This document shows, piece by piece, positions 39,777-49,203 of a stretch of 64,000 bases of DNA; positions within the stretch are counted from its first letter, which is position 1, and every line of letters begins with the position of its first letter. The DNA is from Nitrospinota bacterium (GTDB taxonomy: Bacteria; Nitrospinota_A; UBA7883), in NCBI GenBank assembly GCA_965223725.1, contig CBDCXE010000005.1, positions 448,809 to 512,808 of the forward strand, given 5' to 3'. A program made the translations under genes and the position numbers. The notes under the pieces are model-generated. The model searched no databases and had not been told where the DNA came from. It saw only the letters and a program-made list of their open reading frames with translations.

Positions 39777-41162
39777 ATGGTTCAGACAAGAGTATTGACT
39801 GTTGATGACTTCGTCCTGTCGCTTGGTAAATATATTGGAAACGACGAAGCTTCCCGGGCTGTCTCTAATATATGCAAAAAACTTGGAATCGAAGAGGGCG
39901 TCACCTTATCCCTGGAGCAGCTCAATGAGATTATATCGTTGGCGGAATCCTCGCTTGGAGAGTCGGTGGGGAGCGCCATGGCCAGGGCGGTAACCACCGA
40001 TGGCCTCGAAATAAACCCCGATAATACCAGCCGTTTTTACGAATCGTTCTACAGGATCCGCAACCAACTGGTGGAGCGGCAGCGCAAAGCGCAAAAGTAT
40101 AATGAGGAACTGACCAGACTAAAAGAGCTTTACGAAAACATGAGCCAGTCTGCTCCAATCGGTCTTTTTTCCGTGGATATGGAACTTAAAATCACATCCT
40201 GGAACAAGGAGATGGAAAATATATCGGGTATAGAGACCCAGGATGCGCTTTTTCTCCGGGCGCAGGATATAGCGCCAGAATATGTGAGCCAGATGAACCA
40301 GGCTCTAAAGGCAAGGAAAGTTATCTCCATAGACAGGACAACACGGATTCTAGCGGATGACCAATTGCAAATATTAAGCCTGACACTCAGCCCATTGCTG
40401 GATAAATATGATGTGCTTCATGGTCTGGTGCTCATTGTTCAGGATATAACAGAACGTGTTGAATTCGAGAAAAGCATGCTCCGGGCGGAAAAGCTGGCGT
40501 CCGTCGGCCGACTGGCCGCAGGTGTGGCCCATGAGGTTGGCAATCCGCTCACATCGATATCGTTTCTTGTTCAGGAACTGGTGGAAAATGGCGGCAAGGA
40601 TAAGCAGTTGCTGGGCAATTCATTGAATCTGGTCAACAGCCATATCAACCGGATCACCGGTATTCTTAATAATCTGGTGGATTATTCCCATGGAGGGGAG
40701 ACATCGTTCGCCCCATGCCACGTGTCAGATATTGTGGATAAAGCCGCGCCGTTAATAAAGCTTGATAAACGGGGCAATTACGTTGAGCTTAAAATGAATA
40801 TTGAGGATGACTTACCTAAAGTCCATTGTGACGCTGGGCAGATTCAACAAGTATTAATCAACCTTTTGTTTAATGCCGCGGACGCTATGAATGGCGAAGG
40901 CGAAATTTCACTTTCCGCCAGTAAAAATGGTGATAATACAGTCTCTATCAAGGTTAGTGATAGGGGGTGCGGGATGGCGGCGGATACTCTGGAAAAAGTT
41001 TTCAACCCGTTTTTTACCACAAAGCCTGTGGGGCAGGGGACCGGACTTGGTCTGTATGTCTGCCATAATATTGTCGAAAATCATAATAGCAAGCTGACGG
41101 TCAAAAGTTCGCCAGGGTGTGGCGCCTCTTTTCAATTCAATCTTCAGGTCGCAAATGTATAA
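39777..41162 (+). CDS. Sensor histidine kinase (unknown N-terminal domain, PAS, HisKA, HATPase_c)
   Basis: The H-box is AAGVAHEVGNPLTSI. The N, G1 and G2 boxes are LINLLFNAADAM, DRGCGM and GQGTGLGL. A PAS-like segment lies at about aa 120-230. It is cytoplasmic, with no TM helices. Confidence 0.9.
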   Translation: MVQTRVLTVDDFVLSLGKYIGNDEASRAVSNICKKLGIEEGVTLSLEQLNEIISLAESSLGESVGSAMARAVTTDGLEINPDNTSRFYESFYRIRNQLVERQRKAQKYNEELTRLKELYENMSQSAPIGLFSVDMELKITSWNKEMENISGIETQDALFLRAQDIAPEYVSQMNQALKARKVISIDRTTRILADDQLQILSLTLSPLLDKYDVLHGLVLIVQDITERVEFEKSMLRAEKLASVGRLAAGVAHEVGNPLTSISFLVQELVENGGKDKQLLGNSLNLVNSHINRITGILNNLVDYSHGGETSFAPCHVSDIVDKAAPLIKLDKRGNYVELKMNIEDDLPKVHCDAGQIQQVLINLLFNAADAMNGEGEISLSASKNGDNTVSIKVSDRGCGMAADTLEKVFNPFFTTKPVGQGTGLGLYVCHNIVENHNSKLTVKSSPGCGASFQFNLQVANV

Positions 41163-42528
41163 ACCGAAAATTCTTATCGCTGATGACGAAACAACCATTT
41201 GCGACGTACTGCAGCGGGTGTTGGAGAGGGAAGGGTATGACGTGGATACATGCCATGACGGCGAAACTGCCATTAAACAGGCGACATCCACTTTTTATGA
41301 CCTTGTTCTTTCCGACCTGAAGATGCCAGGCCTGGATGGAATAAACGTGCTGCGGAATATAAAAGCGGACTCTCCGGAAACCATCGTGATCCTGATGACA
41401 AATTATTCAACGTTGGAAACAGCGGTTGAAGCGATGCGCCTTGGCGCCCGGGATTACATCATCAAGCCATTTATGCATGATGATATCAAGCTATCGATCG
41501 AGTCTGCAATTCGGGACGAACGTCTTGCGCGTGAAAACAAACTATTGAAAGATGAACTTAACAGGACAGTTAATACTGGCGATTTTATAGGATCTTGCGA
41601 AAAAATTGAAGAAGTGTTCCGGTTGATAGAAAAAGTCGCCCCCACCGATTCCAATGTATTGTTGGTGGGAGAGTCTGGTACCGGAAAAGAGCTGGCGGCG
41701 CGCGCCATCCATCGTTTGTCACCCCGGCAAGAACAGCCTTTCGTGGCTGTTAACTGCGGGGCGTTGCCAGGAGAGCTAATGGAGTCGGAGCTATTCGGCC
41801 ATGTCAAAGGCTCTTTTACCGGGGCGGTATCCAACAAGCCAGGGCTGTTTCAGGAAGCGCGCGGCGGTGTGATATTCCTGGATGAGATTGGTGAGATGGG
41901 ATTTGATCTCCAGGTAAAGCTGCTGCGCGTTCTACAAGATCGTCAGGTTCGGCCGCTCGGTTCCAACAAATCGTACGAGTGTGATGTAAGGATAATCACC
42001 GCCACAAACAAGCAACTTACCGACGAAGTTGAAAAAGGTAATTTTCGTGAGGATCTATACTACAGGGTTAATGTGTTGACCATCGAGCTGCCACCTTTGC
42101 GGGACAGGAAAGAAGATATTGAAGAGCTGGCGAATTACTTCTTCAACCTGTACGGACCGCAGGTGAACAGAAACGTAAAAAGGATCAGCCCACAGGCAAT
42201 GCGGCTCCTGTACCGATATCATTGGCCCGGTAATGTGCGTGAATTGGAAAATGTAATAGAGCGCGCGCTTATACTGGAAGAAACAGACGCGATAGCGCCG
42301 GAGTCTCTGCCAGAGAAGCTTATACAGCCTGATGTCTTCGTCAATTCTGTATCTGTTGAAAACAAGCTATCGATTGATAGTTATATCCAGAAGTTTATTC
42401 GGCAGTACGAAAGCAGTTATAAAGAAAAAGAGATCGCCCGGATGTTGGGCATCAGCCGTAAATCGCTATGGGAAAAAAGAAAGAAATGGGGTATGGAACG
42501 AGAGCTGCGCAGCAAAGACCTTCAATAG
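41155..42528 (+). CDS. Sigma54-dependent response regulator (REC, AAA+ sigma54-activator, Fis-type HTH)
   Basis: The REC domain carries KILIADDE...DLVLSDLKMPGLDG. It has Walker A GESGTGKE and GAFTGA-like ESELFGH..GSFTGA. The ATG at 41155 overlaps the HK stop. The ORF-track start at 41119 is probably too far upstream. Confidence 0.9.
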   Translation: MYKPKILIADDETTICDVLQRVLEREGYDVDTCHDGETAIKQATSTFYDLVLSDLKMPGLDGINVLRNIKADSPETIVILMTNYSTLETAVEAMRLGARDYIIKPFMHDDIKLSIESAIRDERLARENKLLKDELNRTVNTGDFIGSCEKIEEVFRLIEKVAPTDSNVLLVGESGTGKELAARAIHRLSPRQEQPFVAVNCGALPGELMESELFGHVKGSFTGAVSNKPGLFQEARGGVIFLDEIGEMGFDLQVKLLRVLQDRQVRPLGSNKSYECDVRIITATNKQLTDEVEKGNFREDLYYRVNVLTIELPPLRDRKEDIEELANYFFNLYGPQVNRNVKRISPQAMRLLYRYHWPGNVRELENVIERALILEETDAIAPESLPEKLIQPDVFVNSVSVENKLSIDSYIQKFIRQYESSYKEKEIARMLGISRKSLWEKRKKWGMERELRSKDLQ

Positions 42529-42531
42529 CCG

Positions 42532-43458
42532 TTACTTATTTCCATTTTCCGGATAGAGCAACGAGATCGCTATACAGGAAACCAGGGTGACCGCGATCGC
42601 GCCGAGGGAGTAAACGACCGGGATGTGGACTATATCCGACAATATCATTTTTATTCCAAGGAAAACAAGGATCAGCGTTAGCCCGTAATTCAGAAATCGG
42701 AACATCTGCATAATACCAGATAGCGCGAAAAACAGAGAGCGCAAACCGAGTATGGCAAATATATTGGATGTGTAAACGATGAACGGGTCCTGGGTTATGG
42801 CAAGGATCGCAGGCACAGAATCGACGGCAAAAATTACATCTGAAGTTTCGATCAGTATCAACGCCACTAACATGGGTGTGGCGTGGGAGACACCGTTTAT
42901 TCTGGTGATAAAGTGGCCGTCATGAAATTCGTTGGTCACCGGCATAAACTTGCGGAACAGTAACAGCGCTTTGTTCTTCTCTGGATGCACCTCCATCTCT
43001 CCGCCCAGGGTCAGCTTCGCCCCGGTATAGACCAGGAAAGCGCCGAAAACATAGATCACCCAATGGAACGATTGTATCAACGCAATACCGGCCAGAATAA
43101 AAACAAGCCGCATGACAATGGCGCCCAGAATGCCCCAGAACAGGATCCTTGGCTGATATTTTGGCGGTATCTTGAAATAGGAAAAAATCAGGATGAACAC
43201 AAACAGGTTATCGACGCTGAGCGACTCTTCGATGATATAACCGGTGAGGAACATCAGCGCGCTCTCCGCGCCTTTGAAGTAGTAAACCCCGACGCAAAAC
43301 ACCATCGCCAGGCTAACCCAGAAGCCGGTCAACCGGAGCGAGTCCTTAACCGTCAGCGCTTTGTCCTTGCCGCTGAGGATAACGAGATCCAGCGCCAGCG
43401 CGCCTATTATAAACAGGATGAACAGCGCCCAGGGCGCCGCCTGATATAGCGTCACCAT
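42532..43458 (-). CDS. TerC-family integral membrane protein
   Basis: 308 aa with multiple TM helices. ESLSVDNLFVFILIF and AVDSVPAIL are TerC signature segments. Confidence 0.9.
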   Translation of the reverse strand: MVTLYQAAPWALFILFIIGALALDLVILSGKDKALTVKDSLRLTGFWVSLAMVFCVGVYYFKGAESALMFLTGYIIEESLSVDNLFVFILIFSYFKIPPKYQPRILFWGILGAIVMRLVFILAGIALIQSFHWVIYVFGAFLVYTGAKLTLGGEMEVHPEKNKALLLFRKFMPVTNEFHDGHFITRINGVSHATPMLVALILIETSDVIFAVDSVPAILAITQDPFIVYTSNIFAILGLRSLFFALSGIMQMFRFLNYGLTLILVFLGIKMILSDIVHIPVVYSLGAIAVTLVSCIAISLLYPENGNK

Positions 43459-44829
43459 CTAGCCAACCAGGTTGTAGCCCCGGACACGGAACCGTACACC
43501 CAGCTCATCCTCGGCCAGCGCGCGACATGCTTCCACGTCCACCTTGTCCGGAATAGCAACCACGGTAGCAGTCACGTCCAGGCCGCTACGTTTTGCCGAC
43601 TTGATAAAATCGATGGTTGTAGTAAACGCGTTCGGGATCAAGGGGCAGCATATCTCGTCATAGGTTTTGGCGTCCGGCGCGTTGAGGCTGACAGATATTT
43701 CGTCGATCAGCCCCACAAGCTCCGGCGTGATATCGCGTCCGGCAATATGGCTGCCATGGCCGTTACTGTTCAGCCGCGTTCGGCCGCCTTTCGCTTTAAT
43801 GGTTTTTGCTGTTTCCAATACTCTATCCAGCCGCAGGGTAGGCTCGCCAAACCCGCAAAACACAACCTCGTCAAACCGGGTGGGGTCGCCCACGGCCTCG
43901 ACCATTTCGTCTACGGTTGGGTCTGTGTGTATTCTCAGGTTGTGCCCCTGCACCGAGTCTGTATAAAACTTGGCGCAAAAATAGCACTCGTTGGAGCACT
44001 CCTTTGTCACGTTCAGATAAAGCGAGTTGCGTATTTTATAAGCGACCTCCCCTTCGCCATGATCACCATGAAGAAACAACGATTCAAAATTTGTCACCGA
44101 TATCCGCTCTATATCCAGGCGCTCCACCCCCCGAACTTCGGCAACCTTGTCGATAATGAACTCCATGTTAGATGGGTCATTTCTTTTACCGCGTTTCTTC
44201 TGTGGCGCAAGGTATGGGGAATCTGTCTCCACCAGCAGCCTGTGGCCTGGCGTTGACTGCAGCGATTTACGCAAACCGGTCGCTTTCGGATAGGTGATGT
44301 TGCCAGCGAATGAGATATACATACCCAGCTCCACACATTCATGCACATCATCCGGTGTGCCGGCGAAACAGTGCATCACGCCGCCGGTGGCGCGGATATC
44401 ACTCTGCTTTAGCGTATCCAGACAATCGGCCATAGCGTCTCTGCAATGGATAATCACCGGCTTGTTAAGCTCGCTTGCCAGTTCCATCTGTCGCAAAAAG
44501 CCATTTCGTTGATCAGCCCTTGGCGATCGGTTGCGATAATAGTCGAGGCCTGTCTCGCCGATGGCCACCACCTTTGGATGCGCGCCAAGGCTGCCCAACT
44601 CGTCGATTGCGACATCATTGACAGCGGAGGCGTTGTGCGGATGAATGCCAACCGCCGCAAACATGAACGAATTTTCTTCCGCCAAATCCACAGCAATCCG
44701 GCTGGTGTTCAGGTCGTAACCAACATTCAGGATATATGTGGCTCCGCTATCCACGATTCTTTCGATGGTTTCGCTCCTATCCTCATCAAAAGCTGGATCG
44801 TTAATATGACAATGTGAGTCGGCGTACAT
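43459..44829 (-). CDS. Fusion protein: TatD-family metal-dependent hydrolase (N-terminus) plus radical SAM domain (C-terminus; TatD-associated rSAM type)
   Basis: The N-terminus MYADSHCHIND...GIHPH...AIGETGLDY...ETDSPYL carries TatD motifs. The C-terminus has CSNECYFC (CX3CX2C) and FCGFGEPTL (a Gly-rich SAM motif). The ORF is a single 456-aa frame. Confidence 0.85.
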   Translation of the reverse strand: MYADSHCHINDPAFDEDRSETIERIVDSGATYILNVGYDLNTSRIAVDLAEENSFMFAAVGIHPHNASAVNDVAIDELGSLGAHPKVVAIGETGLDYYRNRSPRADQRNGFLRQMELASELNKPVIIHCRDAMADCLDTLKQSDIRATGGVMHCFAGTPDDVHECVELGMYISFAGNITYPKATGLRKSLQSTPGHRLLVETDSPYLAPQKKRGKRNDPSNMEFIIDKVAEVRGVERLDIERISVTNFESLFLHGDHGEGEVAYKIRNSLYLNVTKECSNECYFCAKFYTDSVQGHNLRIHTDPTVDEMVEAVGDPTRFDEVVFCGFGEPTLRLDRVLETAKTIKAKGGRTRLNSNGHGSHIAGRDITPELVGLIDEISVSLNAPDAKTYDEICCPLIPNAFTTTIDFIKSAKRSGLDVTATVVAIPDKVDVEACRALAEDELGVRFRVRGYNLVG

Positions 44830-44859
44830 GCAGGACCAAAAGTATAGTTGAAAAGTTAA

Positions 44860-46134
44860 TTATCTGACTATTGTATCTTCCCGCCCAACGCCCGTGGAAA
44901 CTATCGACACAGGAGCGTCTATTAACTCTTCCACGCGGGCGATATATCGTTTGGCGGGCTCTGGCAGGTTGTCGTATTTTTCAATACCGGAAGATGCGCA
45001 TTTCCAGCCTTTATGGGTTTCATACACAGGTGTGATATTGCTCAGCGTTTCAGTATTGTCTGGCAACTGCTCGGTTCGCTTTCCATCGATCTCGTACGCC
45101 ACGCAGATTTTTATCTCATCAAAATCATCCAGCACATCCAGCTTGGTCAACGCGATGGAATCGATGCCGTTCAACTTCACCGCATACCGCCCCACCAGCG
45201 CGTCCAGCCATCCGCAACGCCTTGGCCGCCCGGTGGTGGCGCCATATTCACCGCCATTATCGCGCAGCTTCTTCCCAAACTCGTCATCCAGCTCTGTAGG
45301 AAAGGGCCCTTCACCGACCCTGGTGGTATATGCCTTCATGATACCCAGCACCTCTGTGATGGAAGTGGGCGGTATACCCAACCCCACACAGGCGCCGCCG
45401 GCGGTAGAAGTTGACGACGTAACATATGGATAGGTGCCATGGTCCACATCCAGCATGGTCCCCTGGGCGCCTTCCGCCAGAATATTTTTTCCATCAGCCA
45501 CTGCTTGCCGGATGATGGCGCCACAGTCGCTGGCATAATCTTTCAGCGCGTCGGCATAGCACATGTATTGATCGTATATCTCATCCACCGACACTCCACT
45601 TTCGCCGTAAAAGTTATCGAGCATGCTGTTTTTCTGCTCGACAGCGCGCTCCAGCCGGTCCCGGAAATAGTCGGGCCGGAACAGGTCGCCCACCAACAGT
45701 CCCACCCTGGCCGCTCTGTCCGCATAGGCCGGGCCAATACCTCTGCCGGTTGTGCCGATTTTTTTGCCTTTCGATTTTATCTCCGACGCGCGATCAACCA
45801 GCTTGTGGTACGGCATGATCAGATGCGCATGTGACGAGACGAACAGTGAGCCTTTGGTCTCAAACCCGCGTGAACCCAGCTCTTCTACTTCGGCCAGGAA
45901 AGCTTCCGGGTCCAGCACAACTCCGGAGCCAACAACACACACTTTACCTTCGCGCAATATCCCGGAGGGTATCAGGTGCAGAATATATTGCGTGCCGTCC
46001 ACCACCACGGTATGCCCTGCGTTGGCCCCTCCCTGATAGCGGGCGATAATATCAGCGTCGCCAGATAACATATCAACGATCTTTCCTTTTCCCTCGTCGC
46101 CCCACTGGACACCTACAACAACTTTTACAGGCAT
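44860..46134 (-). CDS. purA: Adenylosuccinate synthetase
   Basis: 424 aa with QWGDEGKGKIVD P-loop and GGANAGHTV motifs. Confidence 0.95.
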   Translation of the reverse strand: MPVKVVVGVQWGDEGKGKIVDMLSGDADIIARYQGGANAGHTVVVDGTQYILHLIPSGILREGKVCVVGSGVVLDPEAFLAEVEELGSRGFETKGSLFVSSHAHLIMPYHKLVDRASEIKSKGKKIGTTGRGIGPAYADRAARVGLLVGDLFRPDYFRDRLERAVEQKNSMLDNFYGESGVSVDEIYDQYMCYADALKDYASDCGAIIRQAVADGKNILAEGAQGTMLDVDHGTYPYVTSSTSTAGGACVGLGIPPTSITEVLGIMKAYTTRVGEGPFPTELDDEFGKKLRDNGGEYGATTGRPRRCGWLDALVGRYAVKLNGIDSIALTKLDVLDDFDEIKICVAYEIDGKRTEQLPDNTETLSNITPVYETHKGWKCASSGIEKYDNLPEPAKRYIARVEELIDAPVSIVSTGVGREDTIVR

Positions 46135-46156
46135 TACACTTCCCTTATTAATAGTG

Positions 46157-47743
46157 TCATAGTATCGCCAGCTTGATCTTGATTATGTTGTCTATGGCCG
46201 CCAGGTCCGCCAGTTGATTGGCGGTTGGCGTCGTATCAACATTTACAATAGAGATCGCGTCTCCTGCTACCTTTGTCCTGCCCAGATGAAATGCTGCGAT
46301 GTTGATGTTTTGTGTCCCCAGATAGGTGCCGATATTCCCAATAACCCCCGGCTTATCGAAATTTTTCGCCACCAGCAGGTTGCCTTTCAGTTGCGCTTCG
46401 ATCAGGCAGTTTTCCAGCATGACCAGCCGTGGCTCATCCCCGGCAAAAACGGTCCCTTCAATGCGCAGATCGCTCTCTTCAGTGGTCAATTTTAACCCTA
46501 TCAAAGCGGCAAAATTCCTTTTAACAGAGCTATCGGTGGTGGATACCACGATCCCCCGCGATTCAGCCAGGTATGGCGCATTGATCAGGTTGACTGTCTG
46601 CCCAACGTAATGCTCCAGTATCCCTTTTAGTATCGATTGGGTAATAGGTCTGCTATCAATTTCAGTAAGCTCACCTATATACTCGATCTGAATTTCCTTC
46701 ACACCGCCGTCGACGATCTGCGCCGCCAGCGAGCCCATCTTTTCCGCCAGACCAAGGTATGGCTTAATCAGCGCCAGTTGCTCCGGATCGATGGAGGGTA
46801 CATTGATTGCATTGTTGATTATCCCGTTGGTGAAGAAATCGACAAATTGCTCGGCGATGGCGATGGCGACATTCTCCTGGGCTTCCGCGGTAGAAGCTCC
46901 AAGGTGGGGTGTGAAGATTACGTTGTCCAGACCAAGCAGAGGGTTGTTATCATCCGGCGGCTCTTTCTCCATTACGTCCAGCGCCGCTCCTGCGACGATC
47001 CCGCTGTTGATAGCGTCAGCAAGCGCGTTTTCATCTATTATACCGCCCCTGGCGCAGTTGGTTATGCGTACACCTTTTTTCATTTTGCCAAACGCATCGG
47101 CGCCAACCAAATGTTTAGTCTCATCGGTCAGTGGCGTATGGATCGAAATAAAATCTGCTCTGCTGTAAAGATCATCCAGTGTTACCAGCTCCACACCCAG
47201 TTTCTCCGCCGCGTCATGACTGATGAATGGGTCGTAGGCGACCACTTTCATTTCCAGACCTCTTGCCCGTTTCACAACAATTGAGCCGACCCTGCCTATG
47301 CCGATTATGCCCAGCGTCTTCCGGGTCAATTCGGCGCCCATGAACCTTTTCTTTTCCCACTTGCCAGATTTCATCGACGCTGTCGCCTGTGGTATCTGGC
47401 GGGACATCGCCATGATCATCGCTATGGCGTGCTCGGCTGTGGTCGTGGTGTTGCCACCGGGCGTGTTCATAACCACCACACCATTGGCGGATGCCGTTTT
47501 GGTATCAACATTGTCCACACCTATTCCAGCCCGACCGATCGCCTTCAGGTTTTTTGCAACGGCCAGCACATCCGCCGTGACTTTAGTGGCGGATCGAATA
47601 ATCAGGCCGTCATATTCCGGTATCACATCCAACAGCTCTTCCGGACTCATACCGGTTTTAACATCCACTTCTATTCCATCAGCTTCCTGCAGAATTTTTA
47701 CACCTGTTTCAGAAAGTTTGTCGCTTACTAATATTTTTGCCAT
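46157..47743 (-). CDS. serA: D-3-phosphoglycerate dehydrogenase with a C-terminal ACT domain
   Basis: 528 aa with NAD-binding GIIGIGRVG, a 2-hydroxyacid dehydrogenase catalytic domain and a C-terminal ACT domain. Confidence 0.95.
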   Translation of the reverse strand: MAKILVSDKLSETGVKILQEADGIEVDVKTGMSPEELLDVIPEYDGLIIRSATKVTADVLAVAKNLKAIGRAGIGVDNVDTKTASANGVVVMNTPGGNTTTTAEHAIAMIMAMSRQIPQATASMKSGKWEKKRFMGAELTRKTLGIIGIGRVGSIVVKRARGLEMKVVAYDPFISHDAAEKLGVELVTLDDLYSRADFISIHTPLTDETKHLVGADAFGKMKKGVRITNCARGGIIDENALADAINSGIVAGAALDVMEKEPPDDNNPLLGLDNVIFTPHLGASTAEAQENVAIAIAEQFVDFFTNGIINNAINVPSIDPEQLALIKPYLGLAEKMGSLAAQIVDGGVKEIQIEYIGELTEIDSRPITQSILKGILEHYVGQTVNLINAPYLAESRGIVVSTTDSSVKRNFAALIGLKLTTEESDLRIEGTVFAGDEPRLVMLENCLIEAQLKGNLLVAKNFDKPGVIGNIGTYLGTQNINIAAFHLGRTKVAGDAISIVNVDTTPTANQLADLAAIDNIIKIKLAIL

Positions 47744-47770
47744 CGTTTTATATTTATCCTTACCGTTGTA

Positions 47771-48922
47771 TTAACTGGCGCCATAACGCTGATTCAGCAC
47801 AGCTTCAGCGGCGGCCACACCTTTGCCCATTTCTAACCTGTGTCCGTGTTTTGAGAGGCCCATCTCGATAGCGCTCATGGCCACGACCATATCAAACGAA
47901 TCGAAATAACCGAGATGCGCGACCCTGACTATTTTACCTTTCAGGTGGTCCTGTCCACCTGCGAAGGTGACACCATAGTTTTCGCGCAGGTCCTTTACCA
48001 GCTTGGCGCCATCAACCCCTTCCGGAACATATACGCCAGTGGCGCTGTTGGCAGGTGATTCCGGCGCCAAAGGTTTCAGCCCAATGGCGGCTGTGCCAGC
48101 GCGGGCGGCGTTCGCCAAGGTTTCGTGGCGTTTGTATACGTTATCCAGGCCCTCGTCCCATAGCATCTCCAACACTTTACGCAGGCCTATCATCAATGAT
48201 ACGGCAGGGGTGTAGGCGGATGTGTCTTTTGCCAGGTTGTCCCGCTCCTTGGCCAGGTCGAAATAGAAATGTGGTATCGTACAACCCTCACTCCTCTTCC
48301 ACGCCTTCTCCGATAGCGCGATAAACCCGAGGCCGGGTGGCAACATCAACGCTTTCTGCGAGCCGGTGATCAAGACATCGATACCCCACTCATCCATCGG
48401 CATCTCAACAACGCCGACCGAGGTTATGCCGTCAACTATCAGGAGTCTGTCGGTTCCGGCGGTCAATTGCGCCAGTTCCTTTATCGGGTGCGCTGTGGTG
48501 GTGGAGGTCTCAGAGCCCTGGGTTAGAACAGCGGCGATTTTTGGATTCGCTTGCAGCGCTTCTTCCACTGCTGACACAGCCACAGCCTGACCCCATTCTA
48601 CTTTTATCCATTCCACGTTAAGCCCATACGCCGCGGCGATTTTACCCCATCGTTCGCCAAACTTGCCGCCGTTGATGGCTAACACAGTGTCGCCAGGGCT
48701 GAAGATATTTGTAATCGCGCTTTCCATTGCGCCTGTTCCGGAAGAAGCAAGGGAGATAACCGGCTGCTCTGTTTTAAACAGTTTTTTCATGCCGTTGGCG
48801 CATTCGGCGAATATGGCGGAAAATTGTGTTGTCCTGTGATGCATCATAGGCCGCGCCATCTCCAGCAGCACCTCTTCTGGCACCGGCGTGGGACCTGGCG
48901 ATATCAGATATCTCTTCTTCAT
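47771..48922 (-). CDS. Class V aminotransferase (serine-pyruvate / phosphoserine aminotransferase type), probably the SerC function given its position next to serA
   Basis: 383 aa in the AGXT family. The PLP-lysine region is ITGSQKALMLPPGLG. Confidence 0.8.
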   Translation of the reverse strand: MKKRYLISPGPTPVPEEVLLEMARPMMHHRTTQFSAIFAECANGMKKLFKTEQPVISLASSGTGAMESAITNIFSPGDTVLAINGGKFGERWGKIAAAYGLNVEWIKVEWGQAVAVSAVEEALQANPKIAAVLTQGSETSTTTAHPIKELAQLTAGTDRLLIVDGITSVGVVEMPMDEWGIDVLITGSQKALMLPPGLGFIALSEKAWKRSEGCTIPHFYFDLAKERDNLAKDTSAYTPAVSLMIGLRKVLEMLWDEGLDNVYKRHETLANAARAGTAAIGLKPLAPESPANSATGVYVPEGVDGAKLVKDLRENYGVTFAGGQDHLKGKIVRVAHLGYFDSFDMVVAMSAIEMGLSKHGHRLEMGKGVAAAEAVLNQRYGAS

Positions 48923-49203
48923 TCTAAAACTTCACTCCATTTATTAGTTCAGTAAAGTAGCCACCTCGATTGGCGCTGTACTTATTATAGTTAGAAATAC
49001 AACCTTGCAATTATAGCGATGTCTGTAACCTATTACCACAACTATCGGTTTTAAAACTAAACAACTCATTTCCTTTAATCATTGTCTGCGCATGTTGTGC
49101 GTTAACTAAAACTATAGTTCAGCGTCTATATATGTAAATAGCAGGTGAGGGCGCCGAACGCCACCTGTGGTTCTATCAGGATAAATGGAGCTGCCCTTGG
49201 TAG

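Noticed and set aside
49143-49168. Hairpin caggtg-N14-cacctg after the ferredoxin-flavoprotein gene, considered as a terminator
   Set aside because: It has only a 6-bp stem with a 14-nt loop and a weakly U-rich tail. That is insufficient for a confident Rho-independent terminator call.
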